From: Lophium mytilinum
Lineage: Eukaryota
Direction: 5' to 3'
DNA length: 64,000 nucleotides
NCBI GenBank assembly: GCA_010093605.1
Contig: MU004194.1
Span: 378,156-442,155, forward strand
Shown piece after piece: positions 24,321 through 36,178 of the stretch. The number at the start of each line of letters is the position of its first letter. The stretch's first letter is position 1. A program made the position numbers and the translations under genes. The notes below the pieces were generated by a model. It was not told where the DNA came from and did not search any database. It saw nothing but the letters and a program-made list of their open reading frames with translations.

Positions 24321-24951
24321 CTACTTGATATCGCTACTCTTCAACACAGTCCCGAAGACATCATTGAGTTCCAGAAGAGTAATTTTCGTCACCTCCTGTC
24401 CGCTAGCGCCAGGAATATCCCGATCGCCAATCCCATCCTCTACCAGAACAACCTCATAACCCTTCTGGTGCGCTTCTCTCGCCGTTGTGCTTACACAAAC
24501 ATGCGCCTGCTCTCAAATTAGCTCAACCCGACCTCCTCGAACTCATCGCACTCACCATATATCCAACAAGCACCACCTTTTTGATCCCCCACCCGTCTAA
24601 CAACTCCTTCAATTTCGTCTCCGCGAATGCCCCCGGGAATTGCTTCCAAATCACTTCCTCCCCATCCCGCTTCTCTGCTTTGACTTCCTTAAACTCTTCC
24701 GCAAGGGCCGTCCCAGGCGTGAACAGCGGCGCGCCCTCGGGCGTTGCGTGCAGGATATGCACGATCTTACCGTTCGCATCACGGTATTTCTTCAAGAGTG
24801 ACGCGATGACAGCACCGCTGGAGGACGCATTGGTGACCGTGAGCGCGCCGTTGGCGTACTCATTCTGGGCGTCGATTATTAAAAGCGCAGAGTCGGTAGT
24901 GGAGAAGGTGCTGTCGGGGATGCCGAGGTGGGCGCGGAAAGATTTGGCCAT
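24321..24951 (-). CDS. Isochorismatase-family cysteine hydrolase
   Basis: Triad IIDAQNEY (Asp), WKQFPGAF (Lys), GYM|AHVCVSTTAR (Cys). Intron 24555..24507; TAG at 24323-24321. Confidence 0.92.
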
Positions 24952-25479
24952 GATGAATATGTGGATTGGACGAAGGCTGAGGGAATGGTTTAAGAGAGTG
25001 CGGAGGGATGTTATTGGTGTTTTGCTCGTAGTTTCTTATAGTGAGCTGACAAGTAGTAAGTTGACTGGGGCTTTGAATGTATGACCAATATTAAAGGCTG
25101 CTGGCACTGCGCTGACAATTGTGTAAATGGCAAGACGAATGTCGTGTAAGCTATTGAGACCGGGGTAGGCGTTTATATGCAGCTGCTCGGCCGTCCGTCC
25201 GGGAGAGGTAACACTTTGCGGGGATGCATGATGTAATTATCGCCAAGGATTGCTGTGGACCAATGAAATAAATGCATTATCATCTGCAATGGGATGATGA
25301 GAAATCTAGATGCAAACAAGACGGAGTAGCCAAGTCTATTGTATCTGTTGCATGTGCACGAGATGCACTGATAGATGAAGCAGCGTAGAAACCTGAGTAT
25401 CTATTCTTAATTATTCAGCTATGGAGTGTCTGTTACGACTGGAAGTGCTGCATCGTAGTAGCAAAGGCAATTAATAATC

Positions 25480-27389
25480 TCAACTGCCGGGCTGTGAGGT
25501 TGCATGCTGGCCAGCGCGTCTTCCAGAAAAGATGCAATCCGCCAACGAAAGTCCACTAATATAAGAGTGAGAGCAAATTCCTGCAGCAGTGCGACCAGCC
25601 GCGTAGAGCCCAGGAATCGATTTTCCAGACTCTGCTAACACCAAGCCTGACTTACCTTCCACCTGAAGCCCTCCTAGTGTGATCCCAGGGACAAAATAAA
25701 GAGGAGATGGACGAATGGAAATGTCGATAGCATAAAATGGTCCTTTGCTTATAGGCGAGCACAAACCTGCGGCTTTCTTGAAGGGGTCACCGGTCCCGTT
25801 CCGAATACCGTCGTTGTAAGCTTTCACGGTAGCTTCGAGACCACTTGCTGAAACTCCAAGTTTTGATGCAAGTGCGCTGAGAGAGTTGGCCTTATAACTG
25901 TCCCAAAATCTGAGGTAGTTGAACTGTAGTCTTTGAAAGTCATGACACTCCTCTTGCAATTGGTTTATGGCCTTTCTCCAAATCGCCGAGTCCACAATCA
26001 GGTAGCCCCGGCCATCGAATTTGTGAATCAAGACCTCGCAATGAGTGGCACCGTAGAGATCTTCATTCGCTATCCGTTCACCACTCACGCCGACAGTGAC
26101 CCCTTCGATCAAAGCTGGGGGCGGACTGAGAAACCGCCATCCAGTCATTCGATCCATGTGTGTGACCCCACCTCCCGCATCCTTCCCTAGACGAATACCA
26201 GTACCATCGTCTCCTATCGTGCCAAGAGAAGAGACTTGGGCGTATTTTGGAACATACTGCCGCCTCATAGTAGGGTTGAAGGCGAACCCACCAGCTGCGA
26301 GAATGACTGATTTAGCGTGTACCGTTTGTGCGACTGCAGCCTGTTGCCATATGTTTTCAGCTCTGCTATTGAGGATCATGCCCACAGATGGAAGGAAGTT
26401 CGTGAGTTTCAGTGCTGGCGTGGATAATCGGCGATGTCTTCGAAAGGCAGGATCAGACTGTGGGCTGGTCTTGAAGCTTACACCTACAACTCGACCGTCT
26501 TCAATGATGAGCTTGTCAACTCGGCTGAGAGGCTGAAATTGCACGCCGAGCGCTTTGGCAGACTTGTGCAATGCTTGCCATAGAGCAGCACCGCAGTTCA
26601 AACCAGATCCGACAGCTCGATGGCCTCGTGGCGCCGGCTTTGAGTGAACGTTGTAAGGATGGGCCTTTTCGTTCCCTGAAAAGTACAAATAGTGCTTGTC
26701 AGTTGGATAAGACGTCTTGTATGGGCATAAAGAGCCTTCAAATTTCACACCGTGCTGCTCGAGCCAGGCTAGGTTCTCTACGCTACTATCACAGAAAGTC
26801 CGGAGCGTCTTGTCATCAACGGCACCTTTGACTTCTCGCTGGAGATAGTTGAACATATTGTCTGGCGTGTCTTCGTAGCCTGCCGCTTTCTGGTGCGGTG
26901 TTCCTCCACCAGCATAATAAATACCGCCCGACAAGGCTGACGCGCCGCCACCTTGACCGCGATCTAGTATTAGGACCGAAGCGCCTTGTTCTGCAGCCGT
27001 AATCGCTGCTGCTGCCCCCGCTGCTCCATATCCGACCACAATCAAGTCGTACTTCTGCGCCTTTGAGATGGTACCCGTTGCGATCTCTGCAGTGCCACAC
27101 CGTGAACTTGATGTCGAGAATGTCCTAATATCTAGACGAGGTAGAAATGGCTTTGAGAGCAGTATGGAGACGGGAATTGGCTGGATAGCTGGGCGGACTA
27201 GGAGTGTGGAGACTGCAGATTCATTAGGCTCAAGTTCCACAATAACAGGTACAGAGAAGGTGACATGCTTTGCTTGGTGAATTGAGGTCTATGCGAAATG
27301 GCCCAGGACCTCCAAACTTGCTCTTGACAGAGGCGTGGAGGCGAGGGCCATTGTGTTGGTGGACGGCGAAGCCTAGTCGTTGTTTGCAT
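25480..27389 (-). CDS. FAD-dependent 3-ketosteroid delta4-(5alpha)-dehydrogenase-like protein (TesI-like) with predicted mitochondrial presequence
   Basis: VVGYGAAG; GGASALSGGIYYAGGGT; YKTSYP..YLYFSGNE; PAPRGHR; NEDLYG; TLGGL; YISGLSLADCIFSGRRAG. The 5' end (ATG 27389 plus GC-AG intron 27268..27213) is inferred and less certain than the catalytic exon. Confidence 0.8.
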
Positions 27390-29183
27390 ATTGCGTCGAT
27401 GACAGGAAGTGTAAAGCAACAATGGCTGACATTGCGCACGAGAGATGGGCTAAAAGCCTCACCTCCATGAAGGCGGCTGAGCGTTAGGTCTTACATGCTG
27501 GGGGTGGTACGAAGCACCTGCCAGGTGAGCATCTTTTGATAAGACCTCATCTCTGCGGCACCCTTGGAAAAAAGTGGCAGTCCATGATATATAGTTATGA
27601 CCCTAATCATCCTACATTTGGACTGAGAATCTCACTGTACTTCTGTAGGCTTACCTAGCACTACTGAGGGTCCTCCGGTATGTTCATACAAACCGCAAAG
27701 TGAGCTCCCTGGTGCCCGGGTCATCTCAGACGGTATTGGAATGCCACTTTATAATATGTTTTGACTACCACTTTATGATTCATGGAGCCGTGGGAGCCTG
27801 CCCTCCTTTTCTATCAGGTTCCCTACAAATACTGCCACTGTTTGGAGTTCGACGCATAAATAGCGACATAATTACTAGAAAGGCCATGCAATTCCTAGAT
27901 TCCACTGCCCATCTAGGGTTTGTCATTTCGACGGATTCGTGCCTTCGTTCTTGTCTTTGGATTGATCAAGATGGTGTTAGTCGATCGTGAAATTGCACCA
28001 AGGTGTAAAGTAGTAGATCGGGACTCTAACCCATGCATATCAGAGGGTTTGTTCTTGCCCTACGATTCTTTTCCACCCCCAATTATTACAGATTTCGTTC
28101 TCTCTCTTTCCCCTTCATATCGTTACAAGTAGTCTCGCGGTACTGCCTAGCTGTACATTGCCTTCTCGTAGACCTATAAGCTTCTCTGCTCCTGTCCGAA
28201 GAGCCTTCATGCAGTTCGGCGAATCTTGACAAGGCATAGAATCCTCATATATACTGGGAAATCGGTAACGTCGCCAAGCTTTACCCAGCGGTGCCTGTAA
28301 GTCTTTCACAATGTCGCATGCTATCTGGGACATACCATTTTTTCCCCTGCCGTTGGAGGGTGTGATGCCAACAGTCTGAGCAAACGCCTCTCCCACCTTA
28401 GCTGCATCTAGGGTTGCAGCAGGATCAGATATCTCCATAATGTGAGCGTTGCCAAGTGCATAGCGGACTCGGCATCCCCGCAGCGGGAGGCGCCCATCGT
28501 CCGCAACGCCCAACTCTCGTACCACGACAGTCGTTTATTACGATTCCGGTGCCTCACTCACGCTTATTTCGCGCTTTAGCCCAGCCCCATGAATATTTAC
28601 GTCGTTTTATCATGCGAGCATGCTTTTACGAGCCCGGTTCTAGGGCTGGCGAGCAGTGGGACGACGCTGTACACATCAATATACAGGGTATGCCCGCTTC
28701 GTATATCCCCATGGGTTCCCCAGAACTCTGTCCCCATGTCACACGGCAAGGCCGTGGACCTAGGTGTCACCGGACGGCAGCTAGTTATTACTCTAAGCCA
28801 CGGCATCCCGTTAGCCACCAACTGAATTGCTTGGGACTGTCTTGGCCACCGTATCGCGAACCTTCATCTTGTAGAAGGGGCTAGAGCTGGGCTACTTGGC
28901 TAGACCTTGGCTCACGATGCTTCCACCGCTATGTACTGACTGACCTGGGTTTCAGTCGGCGATACCCGGGTACTTGACGATGGGACGACTAGACCCTTAC
29001 CCCACTAAGCATTTGTGCTCTCCCATGGAACTGTATAAAGCTGTGTGGCTCCCTTGCGTCACGGATTAATGCTACCATAGATCTCTCCCAATCTAACTTA
29101 ACATCACGATTTCCTCTCTCTGCGGACTAGGCAAACCTTTTGCAGCACTCCAATCAGTTAGAAAGTAGTGTACACAGCTCGCC

Positions 29184-31004
29184 ATGTCTACTATCGAGCC
29201 CGTCACCCGGAATGAACCTGCAGATCCTATCGCCAAGGGTATCCTCCCTACTGCCAGACAGTCTTGGAGAGACCTCTTCATCTGGAAGCAACGCGTTGTG
29301 GTAACGAATGACTTCGGAGAAACGCACACAGAGTGGCAGGCGCCAGAACCTTTGAAGAATCCAATCAGCCTCTTCGCGCAGCTCAGTACAAGAGACTGGC
29401 TTTTCTTTATCGTTGGGTTCCTTGCCTGGACGGCTGACGCTTTCGACTTTCATGCTCTCTCAATACAAACTGTCAAGCTGTCTAAGTACTACCACAAGTC
29501 CAAGACTGAGTTCGTGCTGTCCAAATGACATGCTGCCCTTTTCAAGATGCTAAGTTGGGCACAGTATCACTACTGCCATCACCCTCACTCTGTTACTTCG
29601 ATCTGTCGGTGCTGCATTTTTCGGCCTTGCCGGAGATAAGTTTGGACGCAAATGGCCCATGGTACGAAATTCTGCGCGAGAAAAGAAAAGCAGCTAACAA
29701 ATCTCAAGGTTATCAATATGATCGTTCTTGGTCTTCTCCAAATCGCAACTATCTATAGCTCCTCTTTCCAGCAGTTCCTAGCTGTTAGGAGTCTCTTCGG
29801 CCTTTTCATGGGTGGTGTTTATGGTAATGCGTAAGCCTTTTCTCATTGCACAACCCTTGTTAGACGTCTCAGCTTGTTGTAAACTCTGACGCCAAGCAGT
29901 ATTGCCATGGCGTTGGAGCATTGCCCTGTGAACGCGCGTGGTCTTATGAGCGGGATACTCCAGCAAGGCTATTCATTCGGATACGTCCTCGCAGCATGTG
30001 CCAACCTTGGTGTTGGCGGCGGGATTGAGACCTGGAAGACCGTATTTTGGATCGCTGCCGGCCTTTCTATTGGCGTCGGCGTAATTCGGATATTCTTCCC
30101 AGAGTCCAAACAATTCATTGAAGCTAAGAAAGCTGGCCACAAGGCTGTCGCTCCAGGAGCTTTCTGGAAAGAAACTGAGGCTATGATGAGGGCTGAGTGG
30201 AAGATGTGCATTTACTGCATTATCTTGATGACCTGGGTACGCAATCGGGCTTGAATTTAAGATAGTACCTGCAACTGACGATCGCAGCTCAATTACTATT
30301 CCCATACCAGTCAAGACAGTTACACAACTTTCATGCTCACGCAGAAGGAGTTAAATAACGCTGCCGCTTCTCGAGCTTCTAGCCTTATGAAGACAGGTGC
30401 TTGCGTCGGGGGAACCATCCTTGGCTACGTCTCGCAGTGGTTCGGCCGTCGCCGCACAATCGTAGTTGCAGCACTCATTTCCTGTATCATGATCCCCGCT
30501 TGGATCCTTCCTCAAGGCGAGCGGAACCTATCTGCGTCTGGCTTCTTCATGCAGTTCTTCGTGCAAGGTGCTTGGGGCGTAATTCCCATCCACCTCAACG
30601 AGCTGTCACCCCCCGCTTTCCGCTCTAGTTTCCCAGGTAGGCATTCATTACTCTCTTGCAAGGAGCCAGAGTCTCTAACATGATCAGGCCTCACTTACCA
30701 GATCGGAAACATGATCTCTTCCCCGTCCGCCCAAATCGTCAACGCCATCTCCGAGTCCATCAATGTGAAAGCCGTGGACGGCAAAGATGCACCTGCTTAC
30801 GGCCCAGTGATGGGCATCGCCACTGTGATAATCGCACTTGGTATTGCAGTCACTGCAGCTTTGGGGCCTGAGAAGAAAGGTCGCAAGTTTGAGACCGTGG
30901 CGCCAGCGGGGACTGGTACTCTTACGAAGGATGTTGAGGAAGGGTTCGAGAAGGACGTCCCAGAGACTATCGAGATGGTCGATGGGAAGAAGCGAGAAAA
31001 TTGA
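29184..31004 (+). CDS. JEN1: JEN1-type carboxylate:H+ symporter (MFS)
   Basis: DAFDF; TLLLRSVGA; GDKFGRKWP; RGLMSGILQQGY; Jen signature NYYSHTSQDSYTT (NxxSHxSQDxxxT); QGAWGVIPIHLNELSPP. Five short introns; TATAAA at about 29034. Confidence 0.9.
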
Positions 31005-31363
31005 GTATCGAGCACACCCGTCACCTGGTCTGACCAGGTACTGCGGTGTCAGCTCGGTATACCGCATTATTTTCGTTCGACGACCGAAATGATATGACAA
31101 ATCGTTTCTTCAGCTTTCTAAGTTTGCTAGAATTACTGAGAGGTGGGCGTCATTGCGGAGGAATCGCATCGAAATGAGAAGTCCCCAGTGGTCCCCTTGT
31201 CTTGATTGCTAGTCTCTCATTATCATTCTCTCCATCCGCAAGATTCCCGGGCCTACTGGTCAATACACCAAGCCCAAACATTTGACAATCCCCATTCCTC
31301 CCTACATATACATTCCCCCACTTCCTCACCCTACACTTCAACCCTACCCGTCCCGATCTCACA

Positions 31364-32221
31364 ATGTTTAGACACCAGAACGGAGGCGAGCGCTACCCGC
31401 TCCGCGTCTATCCAAGATCGATGCCGTCTTCGCCCACGGGATCGCAGCCGCCAGACTTGACATTATTGCCTTTGCTCCCTGAATCGCAGATACTCTCACT
31501 CTCCGTTGCTCGAGCTTCCACGCCTCCTGATTCACCGGAAATGCAGGAGGTGGCTGGTGAAGAGCAGGGAATGGGCTGGTTTAGGAAGGCGGGCCGCGGA
31601 GGTGGTAAGGGTAGTGGGAGGAAGAGGGAGTGGTTTAGAATGGACGCAATGATTGTGGCTGTGTCTCGTCCTTGGGGAGATGGTGGTCAAGATGAAGGGA
31701 TCGATCAGACTGAACTCGACGAGGGTCCTGGACTAGATGATCAGCTTCAAGAATTTGATAGGCTGGAGGAAATCGGCGAGCCCGGCAGAGATGTTGCACC
31801 TGGCAGAACAAACACACCCGGAATCGATAGCACGTCCAATGATGCACAGGAGCAAAGAGAAGAATCCGAGTCAGACGAAGATGGACAGGTGGTAATGAGG
31901 CCACGCTATGATCCCAGTATTCCTGGCGGAGGGAATGATAACTACACTCCAGTCAAGGCGGCAGAACGTTCGAATCTATTTGTGGTGCTTGGTGAAAACA
32001 TATTGGAGGATGTGGCAGAGAATGGCGAGGATGCGGAGTTGGTGCCGCAGAAAGAGAGCAAGGCGGCAAGAGATAACAATACGGAGGGAGCAAAGTACAG
32101 ACAAGGTTTCTTAGAGGACGAAGGACTGACTGGAGCAGAAAATGATGAGACCAGCTCATCTGAAGATCCCGTCGGTAGTAAGGACGGAGCGGAAGCTCCG
32201 ACACCAGTCCAACACATGTAG
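31364..32221 (+). CDS. Hypothetical acidic, largely disordered protein
   Basis: Intronless 285 aa ORF with CACAATG context after a CT-rich leader; Glu/Asp-rich; no recognisable domain. Confidence 0.6.
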   Translation: MFRHQNGGERYPLRVYPRSMPSSPTGSQPPDLTLLPLLPESQILSLSVARASTPPDSPEMQEVAGEEQGMGWFRKAGRGGGKGSGRKREWFRMDAMIVAVSRPWGDGGQDEGIDQTELDEGPGLDDQLQEFDRLEEIGEPGRDVAPGRTNTPGIDSTSNDAQEQREESESDEDGQVVMRPRYDPSIPGGGNDNYTPVKAAERSNLFVVLGENILEDVAENGEDAELVPQKESKAARDNNTEGAKYRQGFLEDEGLTGAENDETSSSEDPVGSKDGAEAPTPVQHM

Positions 32222-32508
32222 TTCAGAGGCGCTAGAAAGTTCCCATGACTATTGCGCCAACGCGTCCGCGATGAGTTAAAGCGTTGTTGGTAGATACACG
32301 GAGAGTCTGTATTGTAGTAGATTATGTAAAGTACTTTACAATGCACGCGACCTGATAATATCCTGCTTGTGCTCTATCACTTCAAGCCTGGTGACTCGTC
32401 TTTGCTGATGGCTACAAAGTGGTAATGTATTTATTTAGAGCGAAGGATCCTGCTCATTTAGTCTATTCTCTCCGACTCAACTGCTACCTGATTGAAATTG
32501 AGATCCAG

Positions 32509-34425
32509 TCATCTGTACCCACCCTTCTGGCTCCACTCCTTCATCCACGCCTTCACGAAGTCTGCCTCAAGCTGCTGCGCATACACCACCGCATTAGGCG
32601 GCAGAGTGCTAGTCGTCTCGTTCGCAAACAGTCCGTTCTCATCCCAATGATGGACCGCATCCGGAATCAACCAGTACGGTTCGCTAGTGGTCGATCTGCG
32701 TGGGCGCGCCTCATCTGCGAGCGGTGTAGCAGGCCTCCACGGGTCGGCCTGGCCACCGATGATAGCCAGGCGCGGGTAGTTGATGTCGAAGCCGCCGTAC
32801 TTATTCACGTTCTCAACTTTAGGAGGGGTGGTAATGTTGAAAGCAGCGCGGCAGAAGAAGGTGCCGTATTTCAAGTCGATCTGGCGAGAGATGAGGGGCA
32901 GAATGGAAGGGGGAGTGTCGCCGGTTTGGATATAGCCATATTCGCTGCACTTTGGTCTCTGTGAGTAGATGGTAAGGCTTAGGTGGTATTTGGGAGGGGT
33001 GCTTACGACTTGATAGTCCCATGATCTCCAGTCATATTGGTCGAGACCATCTTGTTCAAAATATGTGGCATTCAGGGTAGTGAAACACGCGTTTTGGTCT
33101 CCAGAACACTGGCTGACTGCTGTCTCGTTGACATATCCAATCCAGTTCAGAAGGGCGGTCTGAAGGTCCTTGTTGTCACCATAGCCTCCGGCAGAAATAA
33201 GGTCTTTGGCTGTTGACGCTAGCGAAGCGGTTTCTGGATAGACTAAATCAGGCGAAACTAGGGTTTGGCAATACTCGAAGAAGCCAGGGCTGTCGACCGC
33301 TGGGTCCCAGTTGCGGCTTTGCCACCCGTAGATTCCGTAGGTTAAGATATTGGCAAAGTCGCCATTGTTTGTAAGGCCTGACAAGCCAAAGGCATCTTTG
33401 AGCTCGCCAATCTTCTTCTTGTTCTTCGAGATAATACTGTCGACCACATTGGTGAGCTGTTGAGTATTGCGAACGCAAACCGGAGGTGCGTATTGGCGGA
33501 TGGGTTCGAAGTATTCCCAGTAATCATAGATAGCCTTCGTAACTCCGGAAGACGAGATGGCCCCCCAGAAGATCTTTGGGTATTGCGTTCGTAGGAAGGC
33601 GACTAAGGCTCCAGAATACGAGCCGCCGTACGCGATCCAAGGAGTCTCGGGCGCCGTCAGCGTTTCGTTGAGTCCTTCAAACTCAACGTTTTGGGCGAAG
33701 TACGCTACATCGGCCAAGGATTGAGCTGTGTCCAGAAATCGCAAGTTCTTTGTAGATAGATCCGGAGTCGGGAAGCTAGTGCCGTAGTATCTATGCTCGA
33801 GAATAACGCCAACGCCTCTAGTTGCTTTGATCAGCTGTGCGACTATGCCCTTTTGAAGATAGACAAGACGTCCGGACGCATCAGTTTCTCCAGACTCGAG
33901 TACAATGACTGGTCCGCCTGGCTTGTAGTACTGAGCATCGAACCAATAGCGAAGGTTGAACTTCTCCGTTGAGTGAGGCGCATATTTGGCGTCGTGAGGA
34001 AAGTGGTCGACGGGGACGGAAAGGTTGTATTCTTTGTATAACAACGACGGGTCTGTATCCTCTCGCTTCAACAGAGCACTATGGCGAGCTGCTGACTAGA
34101 TGATGTCAGCGTTTGCACTCGAATGGACGAGGAGCAAGCAAACAAGCCGGGGAAAGATTGTTTTTCAATTGAAAAGCTAGACAGAACGCAACGGTGCCTG
34201 ACACTCTTAATTGGAAGCGGGGCTTTCACGAATTGCTCGAATTGGTCCCAAACCTTTCCAGAGGAATCACGACTCTATTCCAACTGTACGAATTTCGAGC
34301 AATGCAGGACAACGAAGAAAATAACTACCACTCACGTTCTTTTTGAGCTCACTGACAGGCGTAACCGCAAACCTCGCCGCAACCAACTGCAGTAGCAGCA
34401 AACCCGATGCTAACAACTTTACCAT
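32509..34425 (-). CDS. Secreted serine peptidase, family S28
   Basis: Signal MVKLLASGLLLLQLVAA; Kex2-like KR; VPVDHF; LEHRYYGTS; nucleophile GGSYSG; WDYQV|CSEYGY; GQADPW; AVHHWD. Introns 34335..34096 and 33006..32950. Confidence 0.92.
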
Positions 34426-36178
34426 TATTTCAAACAAACTTTGAGTAGACACGAGGTAATAGGAATGGACGAAAAAGCCGGGAATCCATTCTTAAAGAAG
34501 TGCGGGGACTGGGGAGCTTCCGGAGCTTTAATTACCTAGGTAGCTGTAACCCTGTCCGAACTGCCTAAAAATGACCACTGCGGTAAGCACCTCATTATCT
34601 GTACCTCTCGCCATGGGCCGGATTGCTGGGTTGCTAAATTGTACGAGGCAGGAGCATGGGGCGTAATCGGTACGCTAAGGCCCAGAGGGGCAGGCCGTAG
34701 TGGTGCACTGGCCGGGATTACTTATGCAATGCGTGTAGGGATGGACGAGATCACCGCCTAGCAAGCTGTGAGATGGTGGCGGGTTACTGGTTCTTGCAGT
34801 ACGGTTAGCAATGTGACTGTGAAGGTGGTGCATTTCTCCGTGTTCCAAGATACGGTCAGAAAAACCTATGCTGCTAGTCGTTGTGTATTTACGTCCTTCA
34901 AGGTGGCTTCAGTATTTAGCGAAATTTGTGCCATAACAGTGATAAATTTCCATGAACTTCTGCGAAGTATGCGGCCACTGGCTATGGCAAGTGCGAGAGC
35001 CTTTACACAAAAGTGGTTCGTCCGGCGCGGTTCAAGTAACAGTTGCCACACACGGGATGGTGTGAAAGTCAAGCTTCTTTAGCTCGAGCACAAGCTTCCG
35101 GACGATGCGCTAAGGTACTTGAAGGTCGAAGGCGTTTTTCTGATATCCTTGTATCGAGTGTCTGCTCTAGTATTTAGGCTAAGTGTTAGGTTTCTGTCCT
35201 AATCGCGATACTAAGTGTGTCAATTAAAACGTGAGCCTTGTCCACCTTCTCGCGGCGATCCGCCAATACGAAATATACATTTTCAGGGTGATCTTGAATC
35301 GCATTTATGTCTTCCTAGCGATCGATTCGCCAAAAGGCTTTGAGATCTCTCCAAGCGGGAGACTGCGAGTCTACAGATGAATTTAGAATCAGCTTCCCGC
35401 GCGTAGAGTAGGCAAGGCTCTCAATACCATATATGTGGACACTATTTGGAAGCGCTTTCGTTGATTTCAAAGAGGTCTATAGTTGCAGGTCATCAGAAGA
35501 ATGATCCGGGTGTGGATGCTAGAAAAAATCGATTGCACTCTTGTACCATTCTCCTGGATAAGATTTGGCAACCTCAATGAGCAGTTCGAAATGAGAAAGA
35601 AAACTAGATCGACTTGTATTGAACAAGAACGATAATCTTGTTCCCTTGTAATTAGAGGATTTATGGTTGATTGTGAATTTAGACTATCGCACGAACCATG
35701 GTACGTTCAACGAGAGATTCCAGGGTTTGATTGATGAAGGAGGGTAATATGATAGCTGCTTTGTTCTGGCTTATTCTGCAGAAGTACCTCTAGAATACGC
35801 TCGCTCGCTCAGAGTGCCGCTTGAGTGATGACACAGGGTAGGAGCTTCCTACTTGCCCCTGACACCCAATGACGACGCGGACGATGCAATTACATCATGA
35901 TGCCTATGGTTTTTTAGCAGGTGATCAGCTGAACTGATATGTCGGCCTGGAAGAGGTGTGGTTGTCTCAAAGGTCATGTGAATCCTAGGGAGAAGGTTGA
36001 AGTGGCTGAAGCGTTGCCAAGAGGAAGCATGAACGTCAGCCGCTATCACGGTGCCCATTGTCATCAACAACGAATTCACCTCCACCATATCCTACGTGTC
36101 GGCTGCTCCACAATATCTTCCCTGACATGCTATAGACGCTGATCTCAGACTTCTCGAAACAACGCTTCTTGTCGCATC

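Noticed and set aside
28115..28884. 136 aa and 142 aa ORFs between the dehydrogenase and JEN1
   Set aside because: Non-ATG starts, no recognisable motifs or splice support; more likely divergent promoter DNA.
31176..31190. GAGAAGTCCCC resembling RNase MRP CR-I
   Set aside because: No matching CR-V (GGGGCTNA) downstream; lies in the leader of the next ORF.
34500..36100. Gene-free, somewhat AT-rich stretch as a possible transposon or RIP relic
   Set aside because: No terminal repeats, target-site duplication or transposase/RT motifs visible.
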